A DNA stretch of 38,825 bases. Source: Candidatus Portnoybacteria bacterium CG08_land_8_20_14_0_20_40_83. GTDB lineage: Bacteria; Patescibacteriota; Minisyncoccia; Portnoybacterales; GWB1-42-6. The notes under the pieces were generated by a model that saw only the letters and a program-made list of their open reading frames with translations, had not been told where the DNA came from and searched no databases. Below, one piece after another: positions 30,856 through 38,627 of the stretch; position 1 is the first letter of the stretch, and every line of letters starts with the position of its first letter. Where the stretch lies: positions 1-38,825 of the forward strand of contig PEYL01000079.1 in assembly GCA_002774415.1 (NCBI GenBank). Direction: 5' to 3'. The translations under genes were made by a program, and so were the position numbers.

Positions 30856-32154
30856 TCAAACATAGCCCCAGGATTGTAATTTATCACTATCATGATACCA
30901 ACGAGTGCCAATATCAACGCGATAAAACATATCCTGGAGACGAATATTTTTAATTCTATTATAAGCTATTCTCCTTGCCTCTTCTACGGTAATGCTGGAT
31001 CCTGTTACTACTAAAGCATATCCAGATTCTCCGGCTAATTTGAAATCACCATCCACCATTTTTACATCTCCCAAGTGAATTCCTTCCATTGTGTTAGAGT
31101 TTTTAAACAAAATTGAAGAATCTTTATAGATAGAAAAAATCTCTTGGTTAATAAAAGGGAATGGGGGGACTGCCAGCACAACACCAATTTGGAATCCCTT
31201 CTTTGTCTTGATTTCTAAATCTTTACCATGGGCAAGATTCAACAAAAATTCACCTATTGATTCAGTAATGCCTTCCAACTGAACACTAATTGTGGGGTAA
31301 CCAAAGCGGGCGGTAATTTCCAAAGGATAAATCCCACGACCATTAACAATGCAATTAATATCAAAATAGCCGATATAATTATTTTTGGATATAACTTTTT
31401 CCATTTTTGCTAAAGTGTTGTCAAAAATAATGCTGGCATAATTCCAATACATCAGTGTCCCCATTTCTCCAGTAAAAGGACCTTGATCGCCAGGAAATAA
31501 TTTTTTATGCTCAAAATTTATATTCAAAGGACGAATAAAATTTTTACCATTAAAAAAACCGCCGATTGCCACCTCTACTCCTGCTACAAATTTTTGCAGC
31601 TGAAAACCATCCATTTTTTTTAGCCACAATTTTTTGTTGTGTTCCATTATTTCTATAATGTCTTTTCCGTCCTCTTCTTCACCTATAAATAAAATGTTTT
31701 TTTCGTCTCCGGTTACCTTATTGGGTTTGAAAACATATCGGCCGGGATTATTCTTTAAAAAATCTATCGCTGAATCAAAATTATTAAAATTATGATAGGG
31801 TAAAATGTTCATTCCAGCTTTTTTCATTTCCTCTTGACCAAACTCGCGATCTTCTTCAGTTTTATCAGTATAAACTGAACCGCCAACAACTAATTTACCG
31901 GCTTTTCTTAATTTCTCGGCAATCTGCCCAAACCCTGTATCATCAAAGACAACGATGTCCGCCCAATCAATAAAATTTTCCCATTTGTCAACTTTATCAA
32001 GCAAACCATCATAAACATCGGCATCAAACTTATCTTCTACATGTATCTTCACATCATGTCCTTCTTTTCTTATTTTCCAAGCCAAATCACCGCTTAGGCT
32101 CATCCAAGAAACAAATAAAAATTTTTTTTGATGAAACTCTGTGTTGTTGTTCAT
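30856..32154 (-). CDS. PurD-like ATP-grasp ligase (phosphoribosylamine--glycine ligase family)
   Basis: 432 aa and collinear with PurD. EHKKLFPGDQGPFTGEMG matches PurD EHKR..DGD.GPNTGGMG, LEITARFGYPT matches EFN.RFGDPE, and the C-terminal YRVDIGTRW matches R.DIG.R. The N-terminal third is divergent. The substrate is not assignable from sequence. Confidence 0.6.
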   Translation of the reverse strand: MNNNTEFHQKKFLFVSWMSLSGDLAWKIRKEGHDVKIHVEDKFDADVYDGLLDKVDKWENFIDWADIVVFDDTGFGQIAEKLRKAGKLVVGGSVYTDKTEEDREFGQEEMKKAGMNILPYHNFNNFDSAIDFLKNNPGRYVFKPNKVTGDEKNILFIGEEEDGKDIIEIMEHNKKLWLKKMDGFQLQKFVAGVEVAIGGFFNGKNFIRPLNINFEHKKLFPGDQGPFTGEMGTLMYWNYASIIFDNTLAKMEKVISKNNYIGYFDINCIVNGRGIYPLEITARFGYPTISVQLEGITESIGEFLLNLAHGKDLEIKTKKGFQIGVVLAVPPFPFINQEIFSIYKDSSILFKNSNTMEGIHLGDVKMVDGDFKLAGESGYALVVTGSSITVEEARRIAYNRIKNIRLQDMFYRVDIGTRWYHDSDKLQSWGYV

Positions 32155-32202
32155 CTGAACTATTTTGGGCTTTGATTTTATTTTTTTTGGGAAACCTCGG
32201 AT

Positions 32203-32631
32203 TTACTGAAAACCGTTGGAATAATTACCATAATCTACTGTTAATTCTTCTCCTTTTTTGATATCTCTTAAAGCAAAAAATTCTTCCCCGTCTTTATCTA
32301 TTACATTTGGATTATCGGAACGGTTCAGAAAAAAACTAATATCAATTTCATTCAAGCTAAAATTTGGCAAATAAAGCTTCCTCTTCGTGATAACATAAAA
32401 ATCCTTCACCATTTTTTTAATTTCTTTATTAATTTTTTGATTTTCAAAAACTAATTTTGGATTAACGGCAATAAACTTTGTTTTTCTTGTAAGCTTGAAG
32501 ATATTAGTGCCCTCTGGAATATCCCTGACAGCAAATACGCCCACACCTTCTATTTTTGATGGTCTCAATCTACAATAAATGTTCTCTTCTAAATCTTTAA
32601 TAATTTTTCTGATAATCTTTTTATCGGTCAT
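32203..32631 (-). CDS. SET-domain methyltransferase
   Basis: 142 aa: GVGVFAVRDIPEGTNIF, FLNRSDNPNV (in place of NHSCxPN), and FALRDIKKGEELTVDYG, the canonical SET C-terminal motif. Confidence 0.7.
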   Translation of the reverse strand: MTDKKIIRKIIKDLEENIYCRLRPSKIEGVGVFAVRDIPEGTNIFKLTRKTKFIAVNPKLVFENQKINKEIKKMVKDFYVITKRKLYLPNFSLNEIDISFFLNRSDNPNVIDKDGEEFFALRDIKKGEELTVDYGNYSNGFQ

Positions 32632-32668
32632 ATCTTTTAATAATACAAAAATTATATGTCCAATAATT

Positions 32669-33589
32669 TCACTTTCTGAATACAGAAAAAGTGTAGGTTT
32701 TATAAATCGCTGCTGGATGGAATTTCATTTTAAAAGCCAATAATTTTTCTTCGCTCCCGCCAAAATCAACCAGCTGATAATTCCTTCTCTTTAATTCTGT
32801 TAACTCATCTAAATAAGAAACTTCACCGATATTTCGATAACTATAATCATATAAACCAATGCAAGAATAATAATCTCGACTGTTGGGGATATTCCAGCCG
32901 GCATTAATCGAAACCGGTCGATTATTTACCAACATAATTCTAACCAAGTCACAACCTTGAAAATCGTTATTGATAAATCTTAGATATTGCAACGAATGAA
33001 CCTTATCAGTGCTTCCGCGCTGCTTCTCCCATTTAAAAACTAATTGTGTCAAATCCTCTTTTTTTATCTGATAAGATTCTTTAATCTGTACCTGATTCTC
33101 TTTAAAGAATTTATTTCTCATATTACGCAGTCTTTTCCATTTTTTCCCCTCTAATTTTTCGCTCCAATCTTCCAAATCAATCAATGGCCAAAGAAGGACA
33201 TAACTGGGTTTAGCCGCTCTGAATTTAGAAGACTTAACTGCTTCAACAATTTCTTTCCAGAAATCCTCCGTCATATCTTCCAAGATTATTTTTTTAATGT
33301 TTCTATGTGTAAAAGTCCAGTCGAAAAACTCAAAAATTATTTTTTTCTTTGAACGCTGAAGAGCAATCGGATCGGTAAGCACTCGCCAAATATTATCTCG
33401 CTGATAAGCAAAGAGTCCCTGATTTCCATCCCATTCAAAAAAGACATTCTTTTCATTTTTGCGGCTATAATTCAGGTAGAAATGAAAATGATGCTGAGCT
33501 AAATGACCGTATTTAGAAATTGTCTTCTGAATTTGTTGTGCATTGCTTTGAATATCTTTAATAATCTTCATTGATTTATACGCGTACAA
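32669..33589 (-). CDS. DUF2156 / MprF C-terminal-like (aminoacyl-tRNA-dependent transferase fold) protein
   Basis: 306 aa. The size, the central GKKWKRLRNMRNKF segment, and the C-terminal LLAFKMKFHPAAIYKTYTF all resemble the lysyl-phosphatidylglycerol synthase C-terminal domain family (..FK.KF.P......Y). This assignment is from memory and needs an HMM check. Confidence 0.45.
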   Translation of the reverse strand: MYAYKSMKIIKDIQSNAQQIQKTISKYGHLAQHHFHFYLNYSRKNEKNVFFEWDGNQGLFAYQRDNIWRVLTDPIALQRSKKKIIFEFFDWTFTHRNIKKIILEDMTEDFWKEIVEAVKSSKFRAAKPSYVLLWPLIDLEDWSEKLEGKKWKRLRNMRNKFFKENQVQIKESYQIKKEDLTQLVFKWEKQRGSTDKVHSLQYLRFINNDFQGCDLVRIMLVNNRPVSINAGWNIPNSRDYYSCIGLYDYSYRNIGEVSYLDELTELKRRNYQLVDFGGSEEKLLAFKMKFHPAAIYKTYTFSVFRK

Positions 33590-33635
33590 AGAATTATTTC
33601 GACGATTAGGAAGTTTTTTATTAACAAGTTTTTAT

Positions 33636-34721
33636 TTAGTAGCTAACCCTAACTGGTGTCTCGCTCCAGTCAAACACCGGTTTTTTGCGCTTTTTGGCGT
33701 CGGATAAAGATTTCTCAAAAAGAGTCTGCGCGACAAATGGCAAAGCGATAGTGATATCGGCAAAACACTGCACTTTTTTGGCGCCGCGCGAAACTTTTCC
33801 CCACGACTGCGCTTCTTCAAATGTGCAGCCTGACAATCCTCCCCAGTGCGGCGCATCGGTAGTTATCTGAATAGCATAGGAATGCGGCTTGCGATAACCT
33901 TCTTTTTCGTGAATCGGCACATCGCTTTTAACATAATCTGGGTCTGCCAGATTCGGTGTGATTTCCGCTGTCTGCTGAATATAATTTTTTGGCACACCGC
34001 CGCCAAGATAAATAACACCCGTCTTTTTTGAATTCAAAGTCAAATATGCTGATTCTGACAAATCTTTTATCGTATCAACAATAAAAGTTTTATTATTTTT
34101 CATCGCGCTGTACCAGATGGCAATACCGATGTAGCTGTCGCCAAATGAAGGAATAAAAACCGGCACTCCCTGCTTATAAGCGTTAATCAAAATCGAATCT
34201 TGGTTTTTTGAAATTTTTGACAATTCCCTGCCCATTAATGCTGTAATTTCCCTTGAAGAGTAAACCTGCCCGCTTTTTAGATACTGTGCCGCCATTCTTT
34301 TTATAAAAAATTCTCCTGTCAGCAAATCCATTTCTTCTGCCAGGACATCATAGATGCGTACTACTCCCTCTTGAAAAAGCTCGTAATCATTCATTACTGC
34401 CTCGCCAATAAAATGCTCGCGGCCTAATGTTTCAAACGTTTCGTGGAACATTTGGGCGCCGGTTGAAACGATCGCATCAACAAATCTGTTTTTAACCAAA
34501 AATGAGATTACTTTCCTCATTCCTGCAGGGATAATCGCGCCCGAAATTCCAAGCCAAATCGTGATTTCTTTTTCTTTAATCATTTCGCGCCAGATTTTTG
34601 TAATTTCGCCAAGCTTCTTTCCTTGAAATCCCGTCAGCGCCAAATTCTCAACTAAATCGGAAACTAGCTGCTTTTTTATTTCAATTGGTTTTGTTTTTTG
34701 TTTCAGAAAATCTTTCTTCAT
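33636..34721 (-). CDS. Deoxyhypusine synthase-like protein (DHS / DHS-type homospermidine synthase family)
   Basis: 361 aa: LGISGAIIPAGMRKVISFLVKNRFVDAIVSTGAQMFHE, the NAD-site motif YLGGGVPKNYIQQ, and EEAQSWGKV retaining the catalytic-lysine motif (E.VSWGK in eukaryotic DHS). Confidence 0.85.
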   Translation of the reverse strand: MKKDFLKQKTKPIEIKKQLVSDLVENLALTGFQGKKLGEITKIWREMIKEKEITIWLGISGAIIPAGMRKVISFLVKNRFVDAIVSTGAQMFHETFETLGREHFIGEAVMNDYELFQEGVVRIYDVLAEEMDLLTGEFFIKRMAAQYLKSGQVYSSREITALMGRELSKISKNQDSILINAYKQGVPVFIPSFGDSYIGIAIWYSAMKNNKTFIVDTIKDLSESAYLTLNSKKTGVIYLGGGVPKNYIQQTAEITPNLADPDYVKSDVPIHEKEGYRKPHSYAIQITTDAPHWGGLSGCTFEEAQSWGKVSRGAKKVQCFADITIALPFVAQTLFEKSLSDAKKRKKPVFDWSETPVRVSY

Positions 34722-34744
34722 GCCAATGTAATTAAAATTTATTC

Positions 34745-34783
34745 ACCCTGTTAGATGCGGCTACGCCGTCTATCTAACGGGGT
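34745..34783. repeat. Family B mini-hairpin in the pdaD-DHS spacer
   Basis: ACCCTGTTAGAT (34745-34756) pairs with ATCTAACGGGGT (34772-34783), with one G-U pair. It is followed by a CGAAATTTCC/GGAAATTTCG hairpin (34796-34830) and a GAGGCGGG/CCCGCCCC hairpin (34851-34870). Confidence 0.65.
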
Positions 34784-34902
34784 AAAGGTTTTGTAACGAA
34801 ATTTCCATAGCCTCATGGCTCGGAAATTTCGACAAAGCCTTTTATATAAGAGGCGGGTCTCCCCGCCCCTTAAAAATTTTTATCTGATAATTTTTTCTTA
34901 AA

Positions 34903-35562
34903 TTATTTTGATTGCTTATCACCGTTACTCGACACGCCATTGGTCGGTTGGGAATTATCAGCCGAGGAAACCGGCGCTTGATAAACTTGTCCATTAATCA
35001 GCGCTTCGGTAGCGAACCTCATGTCGCAAAAAACTGCGGCCGTAACCACTGTCGTCCACAAACCGTCTTTATTGCCAATGGCCGACTGGGTAATATTTGT
35101 TGTCCGGACAATTTTACCGCTCATTTTATAAATCTGTTCTCGTTCATCCCAGGCAATATCAGAGTCAAACTCAATACCAAGAGTAGTGGCTAGCATCGAA
35201 GCGGCCAAATCTTCGGCATATTCGCCCGCCTTTGAATCGGTCTCTCCAAAAGAATGATGTTCAGAAAGATAGCCATATTGAGCAGAGTCAGCCGGCATCG
35301 CACATCCAACAGAAGACGCGATTAGCCTATTTGGTTCATTCGTTGAATTACGACTTACAACCCAATAGACGATTTGGCCAGGTGTTAAAATTTTTAAACC
35401 TTCTTCTTTTGAAATTCGTTTGCAACCCGGTGGAAAAATGCTTGAAACGTTAACTAAATTAAAAGGCGCCACTCCTGCATCACGCAAAGCCATCTCAAAA
35501 GACGTCAAATGTTCTTTATGAACGCCGACTCCTTTGGTAAAAAATAATTTTTGAGCAATCAT
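34903..35562 (-). CDS. pdaD: Pyruvoyl-dependent arginine decarboxylase
   Basis: I prefer the ATG at 35562 ([47 protein letters not shown]). The track start at 35580 is a TTG. The VSS(I/L)PP self-processing serine site is present. The C-terminus has a ~30-aa low-complexity tail. Confidence 0.88.
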   Translation of the reverse strand: MIAQKLFFTKGVGVHKEHLTSFEMALRDAGVAPFNLVNVSSIFPPGCKRISKEEGLKILTPGQIVYWVVSRNSTNEPNRLIASSVGCAMPADSAQYGYLSEHHSFGETDSKAGEYAEDLAASMLATTLGIEFDSDIAWDEREQIYKMSGKIVRTTNITQSAIGNKDGLWTTVVTAAVFCDMRFATEALINGQVYQAPVSSADNSQPTNGVSSNGDKQSK

Positions 35563-35601
35563 TGTATCCGGAAAGCGCAAAGTTTGCCTATGGCAAACAT
35601 T

Positions 35602-35670
35602 ACCCGGACGCGCTCACACGGATAATTTTTTTCCGGGTCATCCGTGTAAAATCTGCGTATCGGTGTCGCT
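35602..35670 (-). promoter_or_regulatory. Conserved ~70-nt leader motif, copy 2 (between the hpf stop and pdaD)
   Basis: It aligns with 21581-21650. The hairpin is ACACGGAT (35616-35623) / ATCCGTGT (35640-35647), and CCCGGA (35603-35608) / TCCGGG (35632-35637) could form an interleaved pairing. Its last bases overlap the hpf stop codon. It is followed toward pdaD by GTTTGCC-ata-GGCAAAC (35583-35599) plus TTT. Confidence 0.5.
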
Positions 35671-36058
35671 ATTTGTTTTTTCTAAATCTCGCCAGCGGCG
35701 ATATACCGTAAAGCTTTTTTATACTTCTGGCTCCCCTCCTGAATAATGTTTCCTTTTTTGTCTTAAATTTTCTTATTTCTTCCTCCAATTCTTCTTTTGC
35801 GTCATCAATTAAAGAAAAAAGGTTCTCGTTTTTAACCTCGCTACGGAAAAATTTTCCCGGAATTTTTAAATTTATATGCGCTTCAAAAATTTCTCCCTGC
35901 TTTTGCCCGCCAACTACTCTTGCAAATTCTACCAAAACTTCAATCAGATCAGGATCAACGTTTTCTAAGAATTTCTCTAATTTTGCAATTCTTTTTTCTG
36001 TATAATCTTTCAGGTCTTCTGAAATTTTCACATCACTACTTCTTATAATAAACTTCAT
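35669..36058 (-). CDS. hpf: Ribosome hibernation promoting factor (RaiA/HPF, S30AE family)
   Basis: 129 aa: MKFIIRSSDVKISEDLKDYTEKRIAKLEKFL...FEAHINLKIPGKFFRSEVKNENLFSLIDDAKEELEEEIRKFK. Confidence 0.85.
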   Translation of the reverse strand: MKFIIRSSDVKISEDLKDYTEKRIAKLEKFLENVDPDLIEVLVEFARVVGGQKQGEIFEAHINLKIPGKFFRSEVKNENLFSLIDDAKEELEEEIRKFKTKKETLFRRGARSIKKLYGISPLARFRKNK

Positions 36059-36059
36059 A

Positions 36060-36196
36060 CCAGGTAGTAGAAATTTGATTAATTTTAAATTTTTTTGAAT
36101 TTAGAACCGTCATACAAATTTCTATTTTTAATATACCAGATATTTTATAAAATCAAAATATAAAAAGTTATCAACAATCAAATTTTCACTACCTGG
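36060..36196 (-). repeat. Long-range 20-nt inverted repeat abutting the hpf start codon
   Basis: CCAGGTAGTAGAAATTTGAT (36060-36079) matches ATCAAATTTTCACTACCTGG (36177-36196) at 18 of 20 complementary positions. The proximal arm ends 1 nt before the ATG at 36058. Confidence 0.6.
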
Positions 36197-36305
36197 CATA
36201 AATTTTTTTTCAATAAAAGTTTTCCACTTTTTATTTTTTTATTTCTATTTTAATAATATAATTTTATTTTAAAAAATGCAATAGAAAATTTAAAAAATGT
36301 GTGGA

Positions 36306-36350
36306 TAAAAAAATTGCTACGCAATTGCTAAAAAATATATACGTAGCAAT
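36306..36350 (-). terminator. Probable intrinsic terminator after murB
   Basis: The minus strand reads ATTGCTACG (36350-36342), a 20-nt loop, CGTAGCAAT (36321-36313), then TTTTTTT (36312-36306). Confidence 0.45.
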
Positions 36351-36367
36351 CTCTTAATTTGTAACAA

Positions 36368-37366
36368 TCAAAATCCCAAATATCTTATTTCTTCTTCCAG
36401 TTTAATCCCAAATTTTTCCTTTACGGATTTCTTGCAGAGATTTATCAGCTCAATAATATCGGATGCTTTTGCACCTCCGACATTGACGATATAATTTGCG
36501 TGACCTTCCCAAATTTTCGCGCCACCGATTTGTTTTCCTTTTAGGCCACATTGGTCTATCAAAAATCCGACGCCGATTTTCCCCTTGCGCACGCGCGATT
36601 TCAGTTCCGGATGATTTTTAAGCAACGCATCCTCTTTGTCTTTTAACTCATAATTTTTAAATGCGCAGCCAGCCGAGGGAAAAGGCGGGTGGCGACGAAT
36701 AACTGCTTTTGCCTGCTCCAAAACTTCGTCAATTATTTTTTGCTCCTGCTTTTTAAAAATTAAATTTGCCGAAAGAATTATTTCGCCGGTTTTTTTAAAA
36801 CGGCTCTTGCCATAATCAAAGCCGCATTCGTTGTTTTGCAAGATTTTGTTTTCCAAACTTGAATCCAAAATTTCCACGCTTTCAACTATCGGCGCAATGC
36901 TCTGCCCCAACCGATGGGCATTACCGCAAATCGCGCCGCCGATCGTGCCGGGAATCCCGAATCCCCATTCCGCGCCAGAATATCCAGCTTTTGTCGTCTC
37001 CAAAATAATTTTGACAAACGGTGCTCCTGCTTCTGCGGTAATTTTACATTTTACATTGTCACTTTGCATTTTGATATTTGCATTTTGCATTTTTATTACC
37101 AGCCCCTTAAATCCCTCATCGCTCACCAACAGATTGCTTCCTCCGCCCAAAATAAAATAACGCAATCCGCCAGCTGACGGATTTTGTTTTGCTTGCCCGC
37201 CATAGCTCGCCCCTGGCGAGCGGCGGCGGGCCCATAAAATCGCGTCTTTTATTTCTTGTACGCTATTTACTTCAACAAAATATTTCGCCGGCCCGCCAAT
37301 CCTAAAAGTCGTGTAATTGGCCAAAATAACATTCTCCTGAATATTTAATTTTCCGCTAATAGCCAT
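36368..37366 (-). CDS. murB: UDP-N-acetylenolpyruvoylglucosamine reductase with repeat-like in-frame segments
   Basis: I prefer the ATG at 37366 (MAISGKLNIQENV...). The track start at 37384 is a TTG that overlaps nspC. FAD-binding region: TFRIGGPAKYF...ILGGGSNLLVSD...GIPGTIGGAICGNAH. C-terminal region: SAGCAFKN...GGAKIWEGHANYIVN. Confidence 0.88.
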   Translation of the reverse strand: MAISGKLNIQENVILANYTTFRIGGPAKYFVEVNSVQEIKDAILWARRRSPGASYGGQAKQNPSAGGLRYFILGGGSNLLVSDEGFKGLVIKMQNANIKMQSDNVKCKITAEAGAPFVKIILETTKAGYSGAEWGFGIPGTIGGAICGNAHRLGQSIAPIVESVEILDSSLENKILQNNECGFDYGKSRFKKTGEIILSANLIFKKQEQKIIDEVLEQAKAVIRRHPPFPSAGCAFKNYELKDKEDALLKNHPELKSRVRKGKIGVGFLIDQCGLKGKQIGGAKIWEGHANYIVNVGGAKASDIIELINLCKKSVKEKFGIKLEEEIRYLGF

Positions 37367-37380
37367 TTTTTTATTAATGA

Positions 37381-38562
37381 TCAAGAAAGCCTGTTTTTAA
37401 AATCTTTGTATCCAAATTTTTTAATAACCTTGATTTTCCCCATTTTATCTCTTAAAGCGATAGACGGCAATTGCATACCGTTAAAAGTGGTATTTTTGAC
37501 CATCGTATAGATTACCATGTTAAAAAAAATCAATTTTGATCCAATTGTTAAAGGTTTTGGGGAAGAATAATCGCCTATTATATCGCCTGCCAGACAGCTT
37601 GGGCCGCCAAGGCGGTAGACATACGGATATTGATTGCGCTTTCCCGCTCCCAGTATTTGAGGCCAATAAGGCATCTCGAGCACATCGGGCATATGGCAGG
37701 CAGCCGAAACATCAAGAATCGCAATATTCATCTTATTTTTAAAAATATCTATGACTCGCGCCACAAGCACGCCTGCGTTTAATGCTATTGCCTCGCCGGG
37801 TTCCAAATAAATTTGCAAATGGGGATATCTCTTTTTAAAATCTTTAATAATTTGGCAAAGTAGCTTGATGTCATAATTTTTACGAGTTATATGATGGCCT
37901 CCGCCAAAGTTTACCCATTTCATTTGAGGAAGAAATTCTCCGAACTTTTTTTCAAAGACCTTAAGCGTTCGGCCCAAGGCATCTGCGTTATTTTCGCAGA
38001 GACAATGAAAATGTAAACCTTCAATACCTTTTAAATTTTTGGGTTCAAAATTTTCCATTGTTACTCCGAGGCGAGAAAGAGAGCCGCAGGGGTCATAAAA
38101 CGAAATTTTTACTTCGCTGTGTTCCGGATTGACTCTGATGCCACATGAAATTTTTTTGTGAAGCACCCGCCTGCGATATTTTTTCCACTGCGAAAAAGAA
38201 TTAAACACAATATGGTCTGCGTATCGCATTATGCCGGCAAAATCTTTCTCTGTGTAGGCCGGCGAAAAAACATGGACTTCTTTTTTGAATTCTTCAAAAC
38301 CAAGCCTCGTTTCATTGAGCGAACTGGCCGCCACGCCGCACAAATATTTTCTGATTATCCCAAATACCGAAAACATGGCAAAGCCTTTCAGTGCTATCAA
38401 AATCTTGCAGCCGGTATCCTTTTGAACTTTTGCCAGAATCTTTAAATTTTTTTCCAAACGGTTTTTGTCAACCACATAACAGGGCGTTTGAATATCGCCA
38501 AAATCTCCGGCCTTCCAGCCTGTTTTATCAATCCAAGGTTCTATAAAAACTTTTTTTGCCAT
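37381..38562 (-). CDS. nspC: Carboxynorspermidine/carboxyspermidine decarboxylase
   Basis: 393 aa: IQTPCYVVDKNRLEKNLKIL...ILIALKGFAMF, HFHCLCENN, NFGGGHHITRKNYD, YLEPGEAIALNAGVLVARVIDI. This is the NspC-type PLP decarboxylase pattern. Confidence 0.85.
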   Translation of the reverse strand: MAKKVFIEPWIDKTGWKAGDFGDIQTPCYVVDKNRLEKNLKILAKVQKDTGCKILIALKGFAMFSVFGIIRKYLCGVAASSLNETRLGFEEFKKEVHVFSPAYTEKDFAGIMRYADHIVFNSFSQWKKYRRRVLHKKISCGIRVNPEHSEVKISFYDPCGSLSRLGVTMENFEPKNLKGIEGLHFHCLCENNADALGRTLKVFEKKFGEFLPQMKWVNFGGGHHITRKNYDIKLLCQIIKDFKKRYPHLQIYLEPGEAIALNAGVLVARVIDIFKNKMNIAILDVSAACHMPDVLEMPYWPQILGAGKRNQYPYVYRLGGPSCLAGDIIGDYSSPKPLTIGSKLIFFNMVIYTMVKNTTFNGMQLPSIALRDKMGKIKVIKKFGYKDFKNRLS

Positions 38563-38593
38563 ACGTATTGATTATAATCGCAAAAAGAAAAAA

Positions 38594-38620
38594 CGCCAAA
38601 AGGATTCTATCCTTTTGGCG
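38594..38620 (-). terminator. Intrinsic terminator after the carboxy(nor)spermidine synthase gene
   Basis: CGCCAAAAGGA-ttcta-TCCTTTTGGCG, followed on the minus strand by TTTTTTCTTTTT. Confidence 0.7.
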
Positions 38621-38627
38621 CCGTATT

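Noticed and set aside
33632-33856. 74-aa minus-strand ORF overlapping the 3-prime end of the DHS-like gene in another frame
   Set aside because: It is fully nested in the strongly supported DHS frame, and its Arg/Lys-rich translation has no motif.
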